Part shown: piece by piece, positions 27,482 to 40,000 of the stretch
Layout: each line of letters starts with the position of its first letter
Position numbering within the stretch: position 1 is the stretch's first letter
Source: Bugula neritina
Lineage: Eukaryota > Animalia > Bryozoa
Reading direction: 5' to 3'
Assembly (NCBI GenBank): GCA_964035545.1
Contig: OZ037767.1
Coordinates: 16,236,381-16,300,380, forward strand
DNA length: 64,000 nt
The notes under the pieces: model-generated
Databases searched by the model: none
Told to the model about the DNA's origin: nothing
What the model saw: only the letters and a program-made list of their open reading frames with translations
Position numbers and translations under genes: made by a program

Positions 27482-28514
27482 ACTTATCAGCTACAGTTTA
27501 CTAATAATTAGCTCAGTGACGTACTGAGAGATAAAATGGATAATATTTGTCATCAACATATTCATTACAATTCAATACACACGCTCATGATAGTGTCAGG
27601 TATATTATATTGTGTGTTTCATTTACACTGCAATTATACTTTTGTATATTATTCTATATTCAACAGAACTTGCACTGCTTAGCCTATATGCATTAATTTA
27701 TGTTAATTGTCATTAATTCTAGTTGATTGAGATATTTGACTGTATAAAATATGTGTTGCCATTTTACTATCTAATAAAGTTTATTTGTTAGTGAAAACAT
27801 AGTCTGTTTTCATGCCTCATTAGCTTTAGTTCAAGTTGAGTTTGGTTACTAAAAAATAATCTTTACTGGAGCAGTAACTGTAAATGACTCCTCTGTGGGA
27901 GAATGCATTCACTGAATTGACATGCAGGTGCAAGTAACTCCAACATGACTGTAAGCAAGTTTTTCCAACCATGTTATATAATATACATTCCACTGCTGTT
28001 TATACAACATCATTGAGGAGCCAATCAAAATGTTTCTTGTCATGCATTCAGGAAGCTGATAAATAATATATAAGGCAATCAACTAGATATAAACACTTTG
28101 GTACTTTACACATGAGCTGTCTGTGATGCAGCTGCTTTGTAAAATGTGTGTCATTTGATAAGTTTAGCTAATTGGTTGCAGTTTAATTATGATGTGTTCC
28201 CCATTCACCTGGTAGAAATACCATGTGTACTGACAGAGGACAACTCCTAAGCATGTATAAAGGCATCCTTTTAGTAAACAAGATATTGCAATGCTATCAT
28301 CTAATTAGACAATTCTATTCTCATGAAACTGCAATTAGTGCTCTTGTGCAAATTGAGACAAGTTGCCACGTTGGCTTTATAAAATGCAAGTAGTGGGGAG
28401 AGCTGAATCTGCGGCATATTGAGAGCCAAAAGTATAATACTGTAGTAGATTACATAACACTTTAATAACTGCTGCTTTTATCCATATTAGCTGCTTTGAA
28501 ATCAGCAGCTGTTA

Positions 28515-28578
28515 GCCTAGGGCCACACGGTGCGTATTTTCGCATGCAAAAATTGAAATCACAAGTAGCAAAGGTGTC
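28515..28578 (+). mobile_element. Truncated left end of the same MITE family
   Basis: TTA|GCCTAGGGCCACACGGTGCGTATTTTCGCATGC..AAAGGTGTC; copy A is uninterrupted at ~5980. Confidence 0.85.
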
Positions 28579-28643
28579 TTCGTTACGTTTTACCTTGTGT
28601 TTAGCATGTTGATTTTCTTAATGTAAAAATTTTAATTCGTCAA

Positions 28644-28694
28644 TATTGTGCCTGAGAAGTGCCGAAGAGGCATGAAACTATTAGTAGCGCAATA
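28644..28694 (+). ncRNA. Minimal type I hammerhead-ribozyme-like motif in a Penelope-like retroelement tail
   Basis: Stem I TATTGTGC/GCGCAATA; core CTGAGAA; stem II GTGCC-gaaga-GGCAT; GAA; stem III ACTA-t-TAGT; GTA triplet ending at 28686. Overlaps AATAAA and is followed by (TA)n. Core has A at position 8 instead of the canonical G. Confidence 0.7.
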
Positions 28695-28733
28695 AAACAA
28701 CATCCATATAATTAAATTGCTCTTTTCCTCAAT

Positions 28734-28759
28734 AATATATATATATATCTATATATATA

Positions 28760-28842
<83 letters not shown>
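28734..28842. repeat. (TA)n microsatellite
   Basis: Directly visible; paralog of 6835-6941. Confidence 0.95.
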
Positions 28843-31306
28843 TATAAAATACAATTGAAGTTCACAAAATATATGCAATTTAATACAATATATAGTTTTC
28901 TTGGATCAAGTTCAAACAATGTTGTGTTTGCTGTGATGTTAACACAATTCAAATATCTATTGAACATGGCTTCAACGTAGCATCATGCTTCTCTATCTTT
29001 GTTTATGAAATAAATAAATTAACTGTGTAATGGTTGAATCCCGTACAAAAGTTTAAAGTGTGCCTCTTTTCTAAAAGTTAAACCGTTAAGTTTTTATATG
29101 CTTTCAAGGTATAAAAACTGTTTGCTAAGTTTGTACGTTCTTTTTGTTATTTTATTACCTGAGCTACTATATTTTTTCTAAATATAAACTTGAAATTATA
29201 ACAGTATGGTAACAGATCATAACATTTAATACAAAGTTATGTTGATTAAAAATTGTTAAAACCATTTTTATATTTTGTTTGCTAAATAGGTATAATTCTC
29301 AGACTCCATCAGCAGTTGAAAAAAATCTTTTGAGTATTTTGCCATCAGTCTTTAATAATAAAGGAGTAAACTTTTCAGCTAAACAAATTAGTTTATAGTT
29401 AATTTTACAAGCCAGGAGATAAAAGGTTCAGCATTATCCTATATAGTATATACCATGATTACTATGTAATAAGATCCACTTTCAAAGAACTGACACCAAG
29501 GGAAAAGCCATGTATTTACTGGTCAATCTGAGAAGATTAAAGATTGAAAAACGCAGAAAACCAAGAATTAAAGCCTGTAATAAGGTAATAGCTAAAATCT
29601 ATAGAGATATAATGCTTACTATATTAAGTAAAATATAACATAATTATTATATATTATAAGATCTGCATTGAAAAGACTGGAACCTTTGAAAAAGTTCTGT
29701 ATAATTACTGACCAATCTCGAAGGATTGAGAAATTGAGACATGCTCAGGGTCAGCATTTGTCCTCTACCATGCATGATAATTATTATGTAATAAGATCTA
29801 ATTTTATAAGACTCACTACTAAAGAAAAGCTGTATAATTACTGACCAATCATAGAAGATTATATAAAATTGAAAATCTCAGAAAGTCAAGAATCAAAGTC
29901 TGTGATTATAAAGTTACATAACGTACTGGCACTAGCTGGTAATTACAGTCAGTTTCGGTAAGTGCTGTAAATTTGGGCTGAACCTATGGAATCTCTCCTT
30001 GCTATGAAATCCCTCCTGAGTTGTTTGTACATACAACTTTGATGTGTGATTTGTTTTTATTTATAAGGTTTGTCTTGAACATCAAAGAATTGTAGCCCAA
30101 ACAGCTACATGGAAGCGGTTGATTCTAGCTCTATTTCCGTGAATACAGATGTGCAACTGCACCTGATACTTGTTAAACAGCTCTACCAGTATTAATATCA
30201 AACTCAATTTTGTTTTAACCAATAGATAAAACAGTAGATGAAATGTACAGGGTGTGTGTTTTGACTAGTCACACTCTAAAATTGCAGCGAATTAAACTTT
30301 TCATGGATTTGCATGTATCTCCTATAACCTGATAAATCTATTAAACTTGTTTTAAAATATTTGAAAATTTGCTTATATATGTTGGTGAAATTTTGAAGGG
30401 ATATTGAGGAAGAGGGATGGGTTTATAATCTACTAACAGACAAAGTGCAAAATGCTTCTAGTGATCTGGTGGTAAGAGTGCTGATGATTATAGCATATAA
30501 ACATATGCATGTAGAGGCAAGGTACATTTGGCTACACTAGGAATATCAGCTAACTGTTATTACTTCTAGTTCACGAAAAACTCCAAGTAATTTGTCTGAG
30601 CAGTAAATTATTCATTTGATTTGATAGTTGCCTTATTGTATTAGTGTGTATGGATAAATGACACTTTATTTAGTTGTATTATTTGAACTAATGAGTCTTT
30701 CATCCATCTTTTACCTGACAATTATTATGTATATTCAATTTTCTTATAATAAAGAGATTTTCAGCGGAGTATTTTAAGACAGTTTATATATAACATGAAA
30801 TACATATCCAAGTTCATATCTGTACTAACACTATCAAGAACAAGCATGAGAAATCTAAAGGTTTTGCATAATATTTATTTACATGGTGGGAAAAGAAGTT
30901 TACATTTCAGCGCATCTGTTTCAGTAACATCTCAAGTAGATATCAGCGTAATTGACTGGCAAAGAAATCAAGTTGCTATGTTGACCACCAAACAAACCCC
31001 ATACATAAGATAATGAGACAACTCTCAAAAAATGTCATATAATAGTATATGATATAAATAATAAGCAATGCAATATTCGAGAAGGTAAAACAATATTTAC
31101 AACAAGATACAGCAATTGGTAGGATGAAATATAGATTGTGATGTATTATAAAGTGTACTAGCTACAGCCATTGATGTTAATAGGTCATATTATAGATACT
31201 CGGCAATTTAATTCATTGGCTTTCTATCTTATTGATAGTTGAATGTTCCAAAACATGTTATCTGCAGCAAATATGTTGTTGAAGAAAGAATATCTGCAGC
31301 AAAATC

Positions 31307-34004
31307 TTATTTCATGATGGAGTTTATTCGTTTATACTCCTTGTTATACTCTTTCACGTTAAACTCAGCCTCAAACTTTTCCCTCCATTCACACACTGAA
31401 GGTATCCTGTCACATGACTCTATGTTTAGCAGCTCTGTAAACATCTCCGCCCATAATCTCGACTTGTATATTCTGGAGAGGAGAAAACTCCATATAATGA
31501 TTACATTATTCTCACTACTCCAAATAGTATAACAGCAATGTGAATACATGTAATGCAGCTCCTCGCCATTAAACTTATTATTACAACATAAACTGCTGGT
31601 AGAACAATTCCTAATACCTAAACTGCTGCATGGTAAGGCAATTCCTAATACCAGTGAGAAAACTTGTGCCAGCTACAAGCCTACCTGTGCAAATTGAACT
31701 TGGCTGGTTGCCAAAGCTGGCCGTTGTAGGTGACAAGCATGTAGTTTTGGAAGAGTAGAGTGTACACCGTGCCCAGTATTCCAAACAGATCCGTCTGAAA
31801 CATGCATGATACTGCTGTGAATACAGTGTCAGTAATACAGTAATACAAGCTGAGTAATACAGTAATACTAACTGAGTAATACAGTAATACTAGGTGAGTA
31901 ATACAGTAACACTACCTGAGTAATACAGTAATACTAACAGAGTAATACAGTAGTACTAGCTAAGTAATACAGTAATACTAGCTGAGTAATACAGTAATAC
32001 TAGTTGAGTAATACAGTAATACTAGCTGAGTAATACAATAATACTAGCTGAGTAATACAGTAATACTAGCTGAGTAATACAGTAATACTAGCTGAGTAAT
32101 ATAAGACAGTACCTGGTAGGTCCAGGGTCTCTGTGTCTTCATCTCGATGCACATGAACCCTTCGGTCTCGTTGTTAGCGGTGAAGGTCGTTCCTCGAGGA
32201 AACTCAGACATGTCAATACCTCTGCCAAAGTCTATCAGCTTTATGCTGGATGAGGAAAACGGCTTTTCGGGAAATACTTCAGGACTACACGGGGTAAAGT
32301 ATACAGAGTAGAGTATACAGAGTAGAGTATACAGAGTAGAGTATACAGAGTATACAGAGTATACAGAGTATACAGAGTATACAGAGTATACAGAGTATAC
32401 AGAGTATACAGAGTATACAGAGTAGAGTATACAGAGTATACAGAGTAGAGTATACAGAGTAGAGTATACAGGGTAGAGTATACAGAGTAGAGTATACAGG
32501 GTAGAGTATACAGAGTAGAGTATACAGAGTAGAGTATACAGAGTAGAGTATACAGGGTATACAGAGTATACAGAGTATACAGAGTATACAGAGTAGAGTA
32601 TACAGAGTATACAGAGTAGAGTATACAGAGTATAACGACACTTACAACCCACAGAAGAGGATGTTGTCTGGCTTGATGTCTCCATGAATTATCTTACAGC
32701 GGTGCATGACCTCTACAGCATGCAGTAGCTCGATGGTGACGTACATGACTAACGACTCCGGGATCTGTAAACAGCAGACGTAGACATGACTAAGCAGTGA
32801 GCAGAGTAGAGCGCAACTCATAAACTGAACAGCCAATGAGAATACAGACACACGCGCCAAACAGCCAATAAGAACGCAGCTTACTTTACAAGAGTTGGCC
32901 TTCATGCCGTTGACGAGGTTGAGAAGAGAGCCGAGGGGCACCAGTTCGTTGACCATTAGGGATCCGTCGGAGAAGAAGACGGAGTGGGTGATGTCCATCA
33001 ACTTGCTGCCGATATCTCTCTCGATGTCTTCGTCCATGCAGGATACTCGCTGCCGCAACTCCTTGCAGATGTACAGTTCCCACGGGCAGCTCGGCTTCTG
33101 TGCCTTCACACATACATCGTCACTCTCGGAGAAAGCTGTAGAGTCAAGAGTGTTGCACATGGAGATTTTACCTGCGTAGAGAGACATACTCGTGTAATAT
33201 AAACATATGCTAGTAACATAAAATTATACTAGTAATATAAACTCATACTGGTAATATAAACATATACTAGTAGGTAATATAAACATATGCTAGTAATATA
33301 AACATATACTGGTAATATAAACATATACTAGTAATATAAACATATAGTAGTAATATAAACATATACTGGTAATATAAACATATACTGGTAATATAAACGT
33401 TTAATAGTAATATAAACATATACTGGTAATATAAACATACTAGTAGTAATATAAACATACTAGTAAAATAAACATATAGTAGTAATATAAACATATACTG
33501 GTAATATAAACATATGCTAGTAATATAAACATATACTAGTAATATAAACATATACTGGTAATATAAACATATGCTGGTAATATAAACATATACTAGTAAT
33601 ATAAACATATACTAGTAATATAAACATATACTAGTAATAAAAACATACCCAAGCTGGTGGATCTGTCAGCAGAAGTGACGATAGCCTTGTAGGCAACGGC
33701 GAAACCCCCAACACCTACAAACACCGTGACAAGTAAATATCATATCCTAGTCTAGTCATGTGCATCTTTAGTCTACTCGCACAGAGAGCACCTGCACAGA
33801 GAGAGCACCTGCACAGAGAGAGACACCTGCACAGAGAGAGAGCACCTGCACACAGAGAGCACAGAGAGAGCACCTGCTGAAGAACTCACCCAGCTTAGAC
33901 ATCAGCTTTACTGTGAGATTTGACACAGTCACCTGACTGCCAACTTTCAACTTGGGCATTGAATCTTTCCTGACTTCTACATTCTCATATGACGTGATGT
34001 CAAC
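31307..34004 (-). CDS. BUB1: Mitotic checkpoint kinase BUB1 (MadBub), C-terminal kinase-domain exons; 5' part not in window
   Basis: Minus-strand exons 34004-33890, 33714-33649 (GVGGFA), 33171-32885 (CVKAQKPSCPWELYI), 32764-32646 (IIHGDIKPDN), 32284-32113 (LIDFGRGIDM..CIEMKTQRPWTYQ), 31794-31685 (TDLFGILGTV), 31472-31307 (LWAEMFTELLNI..TAA). GT-AG sites, phases consistent, catalytic motifs intact. Confidence 0.92.
31830..32100. repeat. 22-bp intronic minisatellite (GAGTAATACAGTAATACTAGCT)n
   Basis: About 12 tandem units filling a BUB1 intron. Confidence 0.95.
32298..32633. repeat. 9/14-bp intronic minisatellite (GAGTATACA / GAGTAGAGTATACA)n
   Basis: Fills the BUB1 intron between the HGDIKPDN and DFG exons. 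Confidence 0.95.
33194..33645. repeat. 19-bp intronic minisatellite (GTAATATAAACATATACTR)n
   Basis: About 24 tandem units filling a BUB1 intron. Confidence 0.95.
33780..33877. repeat. ~17-bp intronic minisatellite (CACAGAGAGAGCACCTG)n
   Basis: About 5-6 variable units in a BUB1 intron. Confidence 0.9.
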
Positions 34005-34016
34005 CTATGATACGTA

Positions 34017-37000
34017 GAGTATAGTATCATAGTATTAGAATATATAGTACCATAGTATTAGAATATAGAGTATCATAGTATTAGAGTATATAGTATCATA
34101 GTATTAGAATATAGAGTATCATAGTATTAGAGTATATAGTATCATAGTATTAGAATATATAGTATCATAGTATTAGAATATATAGTATCATAGTATTAGA
34201 ATATAGAGTATCATAGTATTAGAGTATAGAGTATCATAGTATTAGAGTATAGAGTATCATAGTATTAGAATATATAGTATCATAGTATTAGAATATATAG
34301 TATCATAGTATTAGAATATATAGTATCATAGTATTAGTATATATAGTATCATAGTATTAGAATATATAGTATCATAGTATTAGAGTATATAGTATCATAG
34401 TATTAAAGTATATAGTATCATAGTATTAGAATATAGAATATCATAGTATTAGAATATATAGTATCATAGTATTAGTATATATAGTATCATAGTATTAGAA
34501 TATATAGTATCATAGTATTAGAGTATATAGTATCATAGTATTAAAGTATATAGTATCATAGTATTAGAATATAGAATATCATAGTATTAGAATATATAGT
34601 ATCATAGTATTAGAATATATAGTATCATAGTATTAGAATATATAGTATCATAGTATTAGAGTATAGAGTATCATAGTATTAGAGTATATAGTATCATAGT
34701 ATTAGAATATATAGTATCATAGTATTAGAGTATATAGTATCATAGTATTAGAGTATATAGTATCATAGTATTAGAATATAGAGTATCATAGTATTAGAAT
34801 ATATAGTATCATAGTATTAGAATATATAGTATCATAGTATTGGAATATATAGTATCATAGTATTAGAATATATAGTATCCTAGTATTAGAATATATAGTA
34901 TCATAGTATTAGAATATATAGTATCATAGTATTAGAATATATAGTATCATAGTATTAGAATATATAGTATCATAGTATTAGAATATATAGTATCATAGTA
35001 TTAGAGTATATAGTATCATAGTATTAGAATATATAGTATCATAGTATTAGAATATATAGTATCCTAGTATTAGAATATATAGTATCCTAGTATTAGAATA
35101 TATAGTATCATAGTATTAGAATATATAGTATCATAGTATTATAATATATAGTATCATAGTATTAGAATATATAGTATCATAGTATTAGAATATATAGTAT
35201 CATAGTATTAGAGTATATAGTATCATAGTATTAGAGTATATAGTATCATAGTATTAGAGTATAGTATCATAGTATTAGAGTATAAAGTATCATAGTATTA
35301 GAATATATAGTATCATAGTATTAGAATATATAGTATCATAGTATTGGAATATATAGTATCATAGTATTAGAATATATAGTATCATAGTATTAGAGTATAG
35401 AGTATCATAGTATTAGAATATATAGTATCATAGTATTAGAATATATAGTATCATAGTATTAGAGTATATAGCATCATAGTATTAGAGTATAGAGTATCAT
35501 AGTATTAGAATATATAGTATCATAGTATTAGAATATATAGTATCATAGTATTAGAATATATAGTATCATAGTATTAGAGTATATAGTATCATAGTATTAG
35601 AGTATATAGTACCATAGTATTAGAATATATAGTATCATAGTATTAGAGTATATAGTATCATAGTATTAGAATATATAGTATCATAGTATTAGAGTATATA
35701 GTATCATAGTATTAGAATATATAGTATCATAGTATTAGAATATAGTATCATAGTATTAGAATATATAGTATCATAGTATTAGAGTATATAGTATCATAGT
35801 ATTAGAATATATAGTATCATAGTATTAGAATATATAGTATCATAGTATTAGAGTATATAGTATCATAGTATTAGAATATAGAGTATCATAGTATTAGAAT
35901 ATATAGTATCATAGTATTAGAATATATAGTATCATAGTATTAGAATATATAGTATCATAGTATTAGAGTATATAGTATCATAGTATTAGAATATATAGTA
36001 TCATAGTATTAGAATATATAGTATCATAGTATTAGAATATAGAGTATCATAGTATTAGAGTATATAGTATCATAGTATTAGAATATATAGTATCATAGTA
36101 TTAGAATATATAGTATCATAGTATTAGAGTATTTAGTATCATAGTATTAGAATATATAGTATCATAGTATTAGAATATATAGTATCATAGTATTAGAGTA
36201 TATAGTATCATAGTATTAGAGTATATAGTATCATAGTATTAGAGTATATAGTATCATAGTATTAGAATATAGAGTATCATAGTATTAGAATATAGAGTAT
36301 CATAGTATTAGAGTATATAGTATCATAGTATTAGAATATATAGTATCATAGTATTAGAATATATAGTATCATAGTATTAGAATATATAGTATCATAGTAT
36401 TAGAGTATATAGTATCATAATATTAGAATATAGAGTATCATAGTATTAGAGTATATAGTATCATAGTATTAGAGTATATAGTATCATAGTAGTAGAATAT
36501 ATAGTACCATAGTATTAGAATATAGAGTATCATAGTATTAGAGTATATAGTATCATAGTATTAGAGTATATAGTATCATAGTATTAGAATATATAGTATC
36601 ATAGTATTAGAATATATAGTATCATAGTATAAGAATATAGAGTATCATAGTATTAGAATATATAGTATCATAGTATTAGAGTATATAGTATCATAGTATT
36701 AGAGTATATAGTATCATAGTATTAGAGTATATAGTATCATAGTATTAGAATATATAGTATCATAGTATTAGAATATATAGTATCATAGTATTAGAATATA
36801 GAGTATCATAGTATTAGAATATATAGTATCATAGTATTAGAATATATAGTATCATAGTATTAGAGTATATAGTATCATAGTATTAGAATATATGGTATCA
36901 TAGTATTAGAATATAGAGTATCATAGTATTAGAATATATAGTATCAAAGTATTAGAGTATATAGTATCATAGTATTAGAATATATAGTATCATAGTATTA

Positions 37001-40000
37001 GAATATATAGTATCATAGTATTAGAATATATAGTATCATAGTATTAGAATATATAGTATCATAGTATTAGAATATATAGTATCATAGTATTAGAGTATAG
37101 AGTATCATAGTATTAGAATATAGAGTATCATAGTATTAGAATATATAGTATCATAGTATTAGAATATATAGTATCATAGTATTAGAGTATATAGTATCAT
37201 AGTATTAGAATATAGAGTATCATAGTATTAGAGTATATAGTATCATAGTATTAGAATATAGAGTATCATAGTATTAGAATATATAGTATCATAGTATTAG
37301 AATATATAGAGTATCATAGTATTAGAATATATAGAGTATCATAGTATTAGAATATATAGTATCATAGTATTAGAATATATAGTATCATAGTATTAGAGTA
37401 TATAGTATCATAGTATTAGAGTATATAGTATCATAGTATTAGAGTATATATTATCATGGTATTAGAATATATAGTATCATAGTATTAGAGTATATAGTAT
37501 CATAGTATTAGAGTATAGAGTATCATAGTATTAGAGTATAGAGTATCATAGTATTAGAATATATAGTATCATAGTATTAGAGTATATAGTATCATAGTAT
37601 TAGAGTATATAGTATCATAGTATTAGAATATATAGTATCATAGTATTAGAGTATATAGTATCATAGTATTAGAGTATATAGTATCATAGTATTAGAATAT
37701 ATAGTATCATAGTATTAGAATATAGAGTATCATAGTATTAGAATATAGAGTATCATAGTATTAGAATATATAGTATCATAGTATTAGAATATATAGTATC
37801 ATAGTATTAGAGTATATAGTATCATAGTATTAGAATATATAGTATCATAGTATTAGAATATATAGTATCATAGTATTAGAATATATAGTATCATAGTATT
37901 AGAATATATAGTATCATACTATTAGAATATATAGTATCATAGTATTAGAGTATATAGTATCATAGTATTAGAATATATAGTATCATAGTATTAGAATATA
38001 TAGTATCATAGTATTAGAATATATAGTATCATAGTATTAGAGTATATAGTATCATAGTATTAGAATATATAGTATCATACTATTAGAATATATAGTATCA
38101 TAGTATTAGAGTATATAGTATCATAGTATTAGAATATATAGTATCATAGTATTAGAATATATTGTATCATAGTATTAGAATATATAGTATCATAGTATTA
38201 GGATATATAGTATCATACTATTAGAATATATAGTATCATAGTATTAGAGTATATAGTATCATAGTATTAGAATATATAGTATCATAGTATTAGAGTATAT
38301 AGTATCATAGTATTAGAATATATAGTATCATAGTATTAGAATATATAGTATCATAGTATTAGAGTATATAGTATCATAGTATTAGAATATATAGTATCAT
38401 AGTATTAGAATATATAGTATCATAGTATTAGAATATATAGTATCATAGTATTAGAATATATAGTATCATGCTATTAGAATATATAGTATCATAGTATTAG
38501 AGTATATAGTATCATAGTATTAGAATATATAGTATCATAGTATTAGAGTATATAGTATCATAGTATTAGAGTATATAGTATCATAGTATTAGAGTATATA
38601 GTATCATAGTATTAGAATATATAGTATCATAGTATTAGAGTATATAGTATCATAGTATTAGAATATATAGTACCATAGTATTAGTATATATAGTATCATA
38701 GTATTAGAATATATAGTATCATAGTATTAGAATATATAGTATCATAGTATTAGAATATATAGTATCATACTATTAGAATATATAGTATCATAGTATTAGA
38801 GTATATAGTATCATAGTATTAGAATATATAGTATCATAGTATTAGAATATATAGTATCATAGTATTAGAGTATATAGTATCATAGTATTAGAATATATAG
38901 TATCAGAGTATTAGAATATATAGTATCATAGTATTAGAATATATAGTATCATAGTATTAGAGTATATAGTATCATAGTATTAGAATATATAGTATCATAG
39001 TATTAGAATATATAATATCATAGTATTAGAATATATAGTATCATAGTATTAGAATATATAGTATCATACTATTAGAATATATAGTATCATAGTATTAGAG
39101 TATATAGTATCATAGTATTAGAATATATAGTATCATAGTATTAGAGTATATAGTATCATAGTATTAGAGTATATAGTATCATAGTATTAGAGTATATAGT
39201 ATCATAGTATTAGAATATATAGTATCATAGTATTAGAATATATAGAGTATCATAGTATTAGAATATATAGTATCATAGTATTAGAATATATAGTATCATA
39301 GTATTAGAATATATAGTATCATAGTATTAGAATATATAGTATCATAGTATTAGAATATATAGTATCATAGTATTAGAATATATAGTATCATACTATTATA
39401 AAATATAGTATCATAGTATTAGAGTATATAGTATCATAGTATTAGAATATATAGTATCATAGTATTAGAGTATATAGTATCATAGTATTAGAGTATATAG
39501 TATCATAGTATTAGAGTATATAGTATCATAGTATTAGAATATATAGTATCATAGTATTAGAGTATATAGTATCATAGTATTAGAATATATAGTACCATAG
39601 TATTAGTATATATAGTATCATAGTATTAGAATATATAGTATCATAGTATTAGAATATATAGTATCATAGTATTAGAATATATAGTATCATAGTATTAGAG
39701 TATATAGTATCATAGTATTAGAATATATAGTATCATAGTATTAGAGTATATAGTATCATAGTATTAGAATATATAGTACCATAGTATTAGAATATATAGT
39801 ATCATAGTATTAGAATATAGAGTATCATAGTATTAGAATATATAGTATCATAGTATTAGAATATATAGTATCATAGTATTAGAGTATATAGTATCATAGT
39901 ATTAGAATATATAGTATCATAGTATTAGAATATATAGTATCATAGTATTAGAATATAGAGTATCATAGTATTAGGGTATATAGTATCATAGTATTAGAGT

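Larger units (their letters stand above)
22654..30364 (+). repeat. Segmental (tandem) duplication, copy B (matches 1-8452)
   Basis: As for copy A. Differs by MITE insertions, a 37-bp indel near 23617, and replacement of copy A ~5981-6840 by 28515-28735. Confidence 0.95.

Noticed and set aside
22654-30364. Duplication as an uncollapsed haplotype
   Set aside because: Not fully excluded, but different downstream neighbours (INSM vs BUB1), three copy-specific MITEs and heavy exon divergence fit true paralogs better.
32285-33608. Repetitive ORFs (YSVYSTL.., MFILLVYV..) and plus-strand ORFs at 32895-33202
   Set aside because: Intronic minisatellite read-through or antisense shadows of BUB1 exons; true exons are bounded by GT-AG sites.
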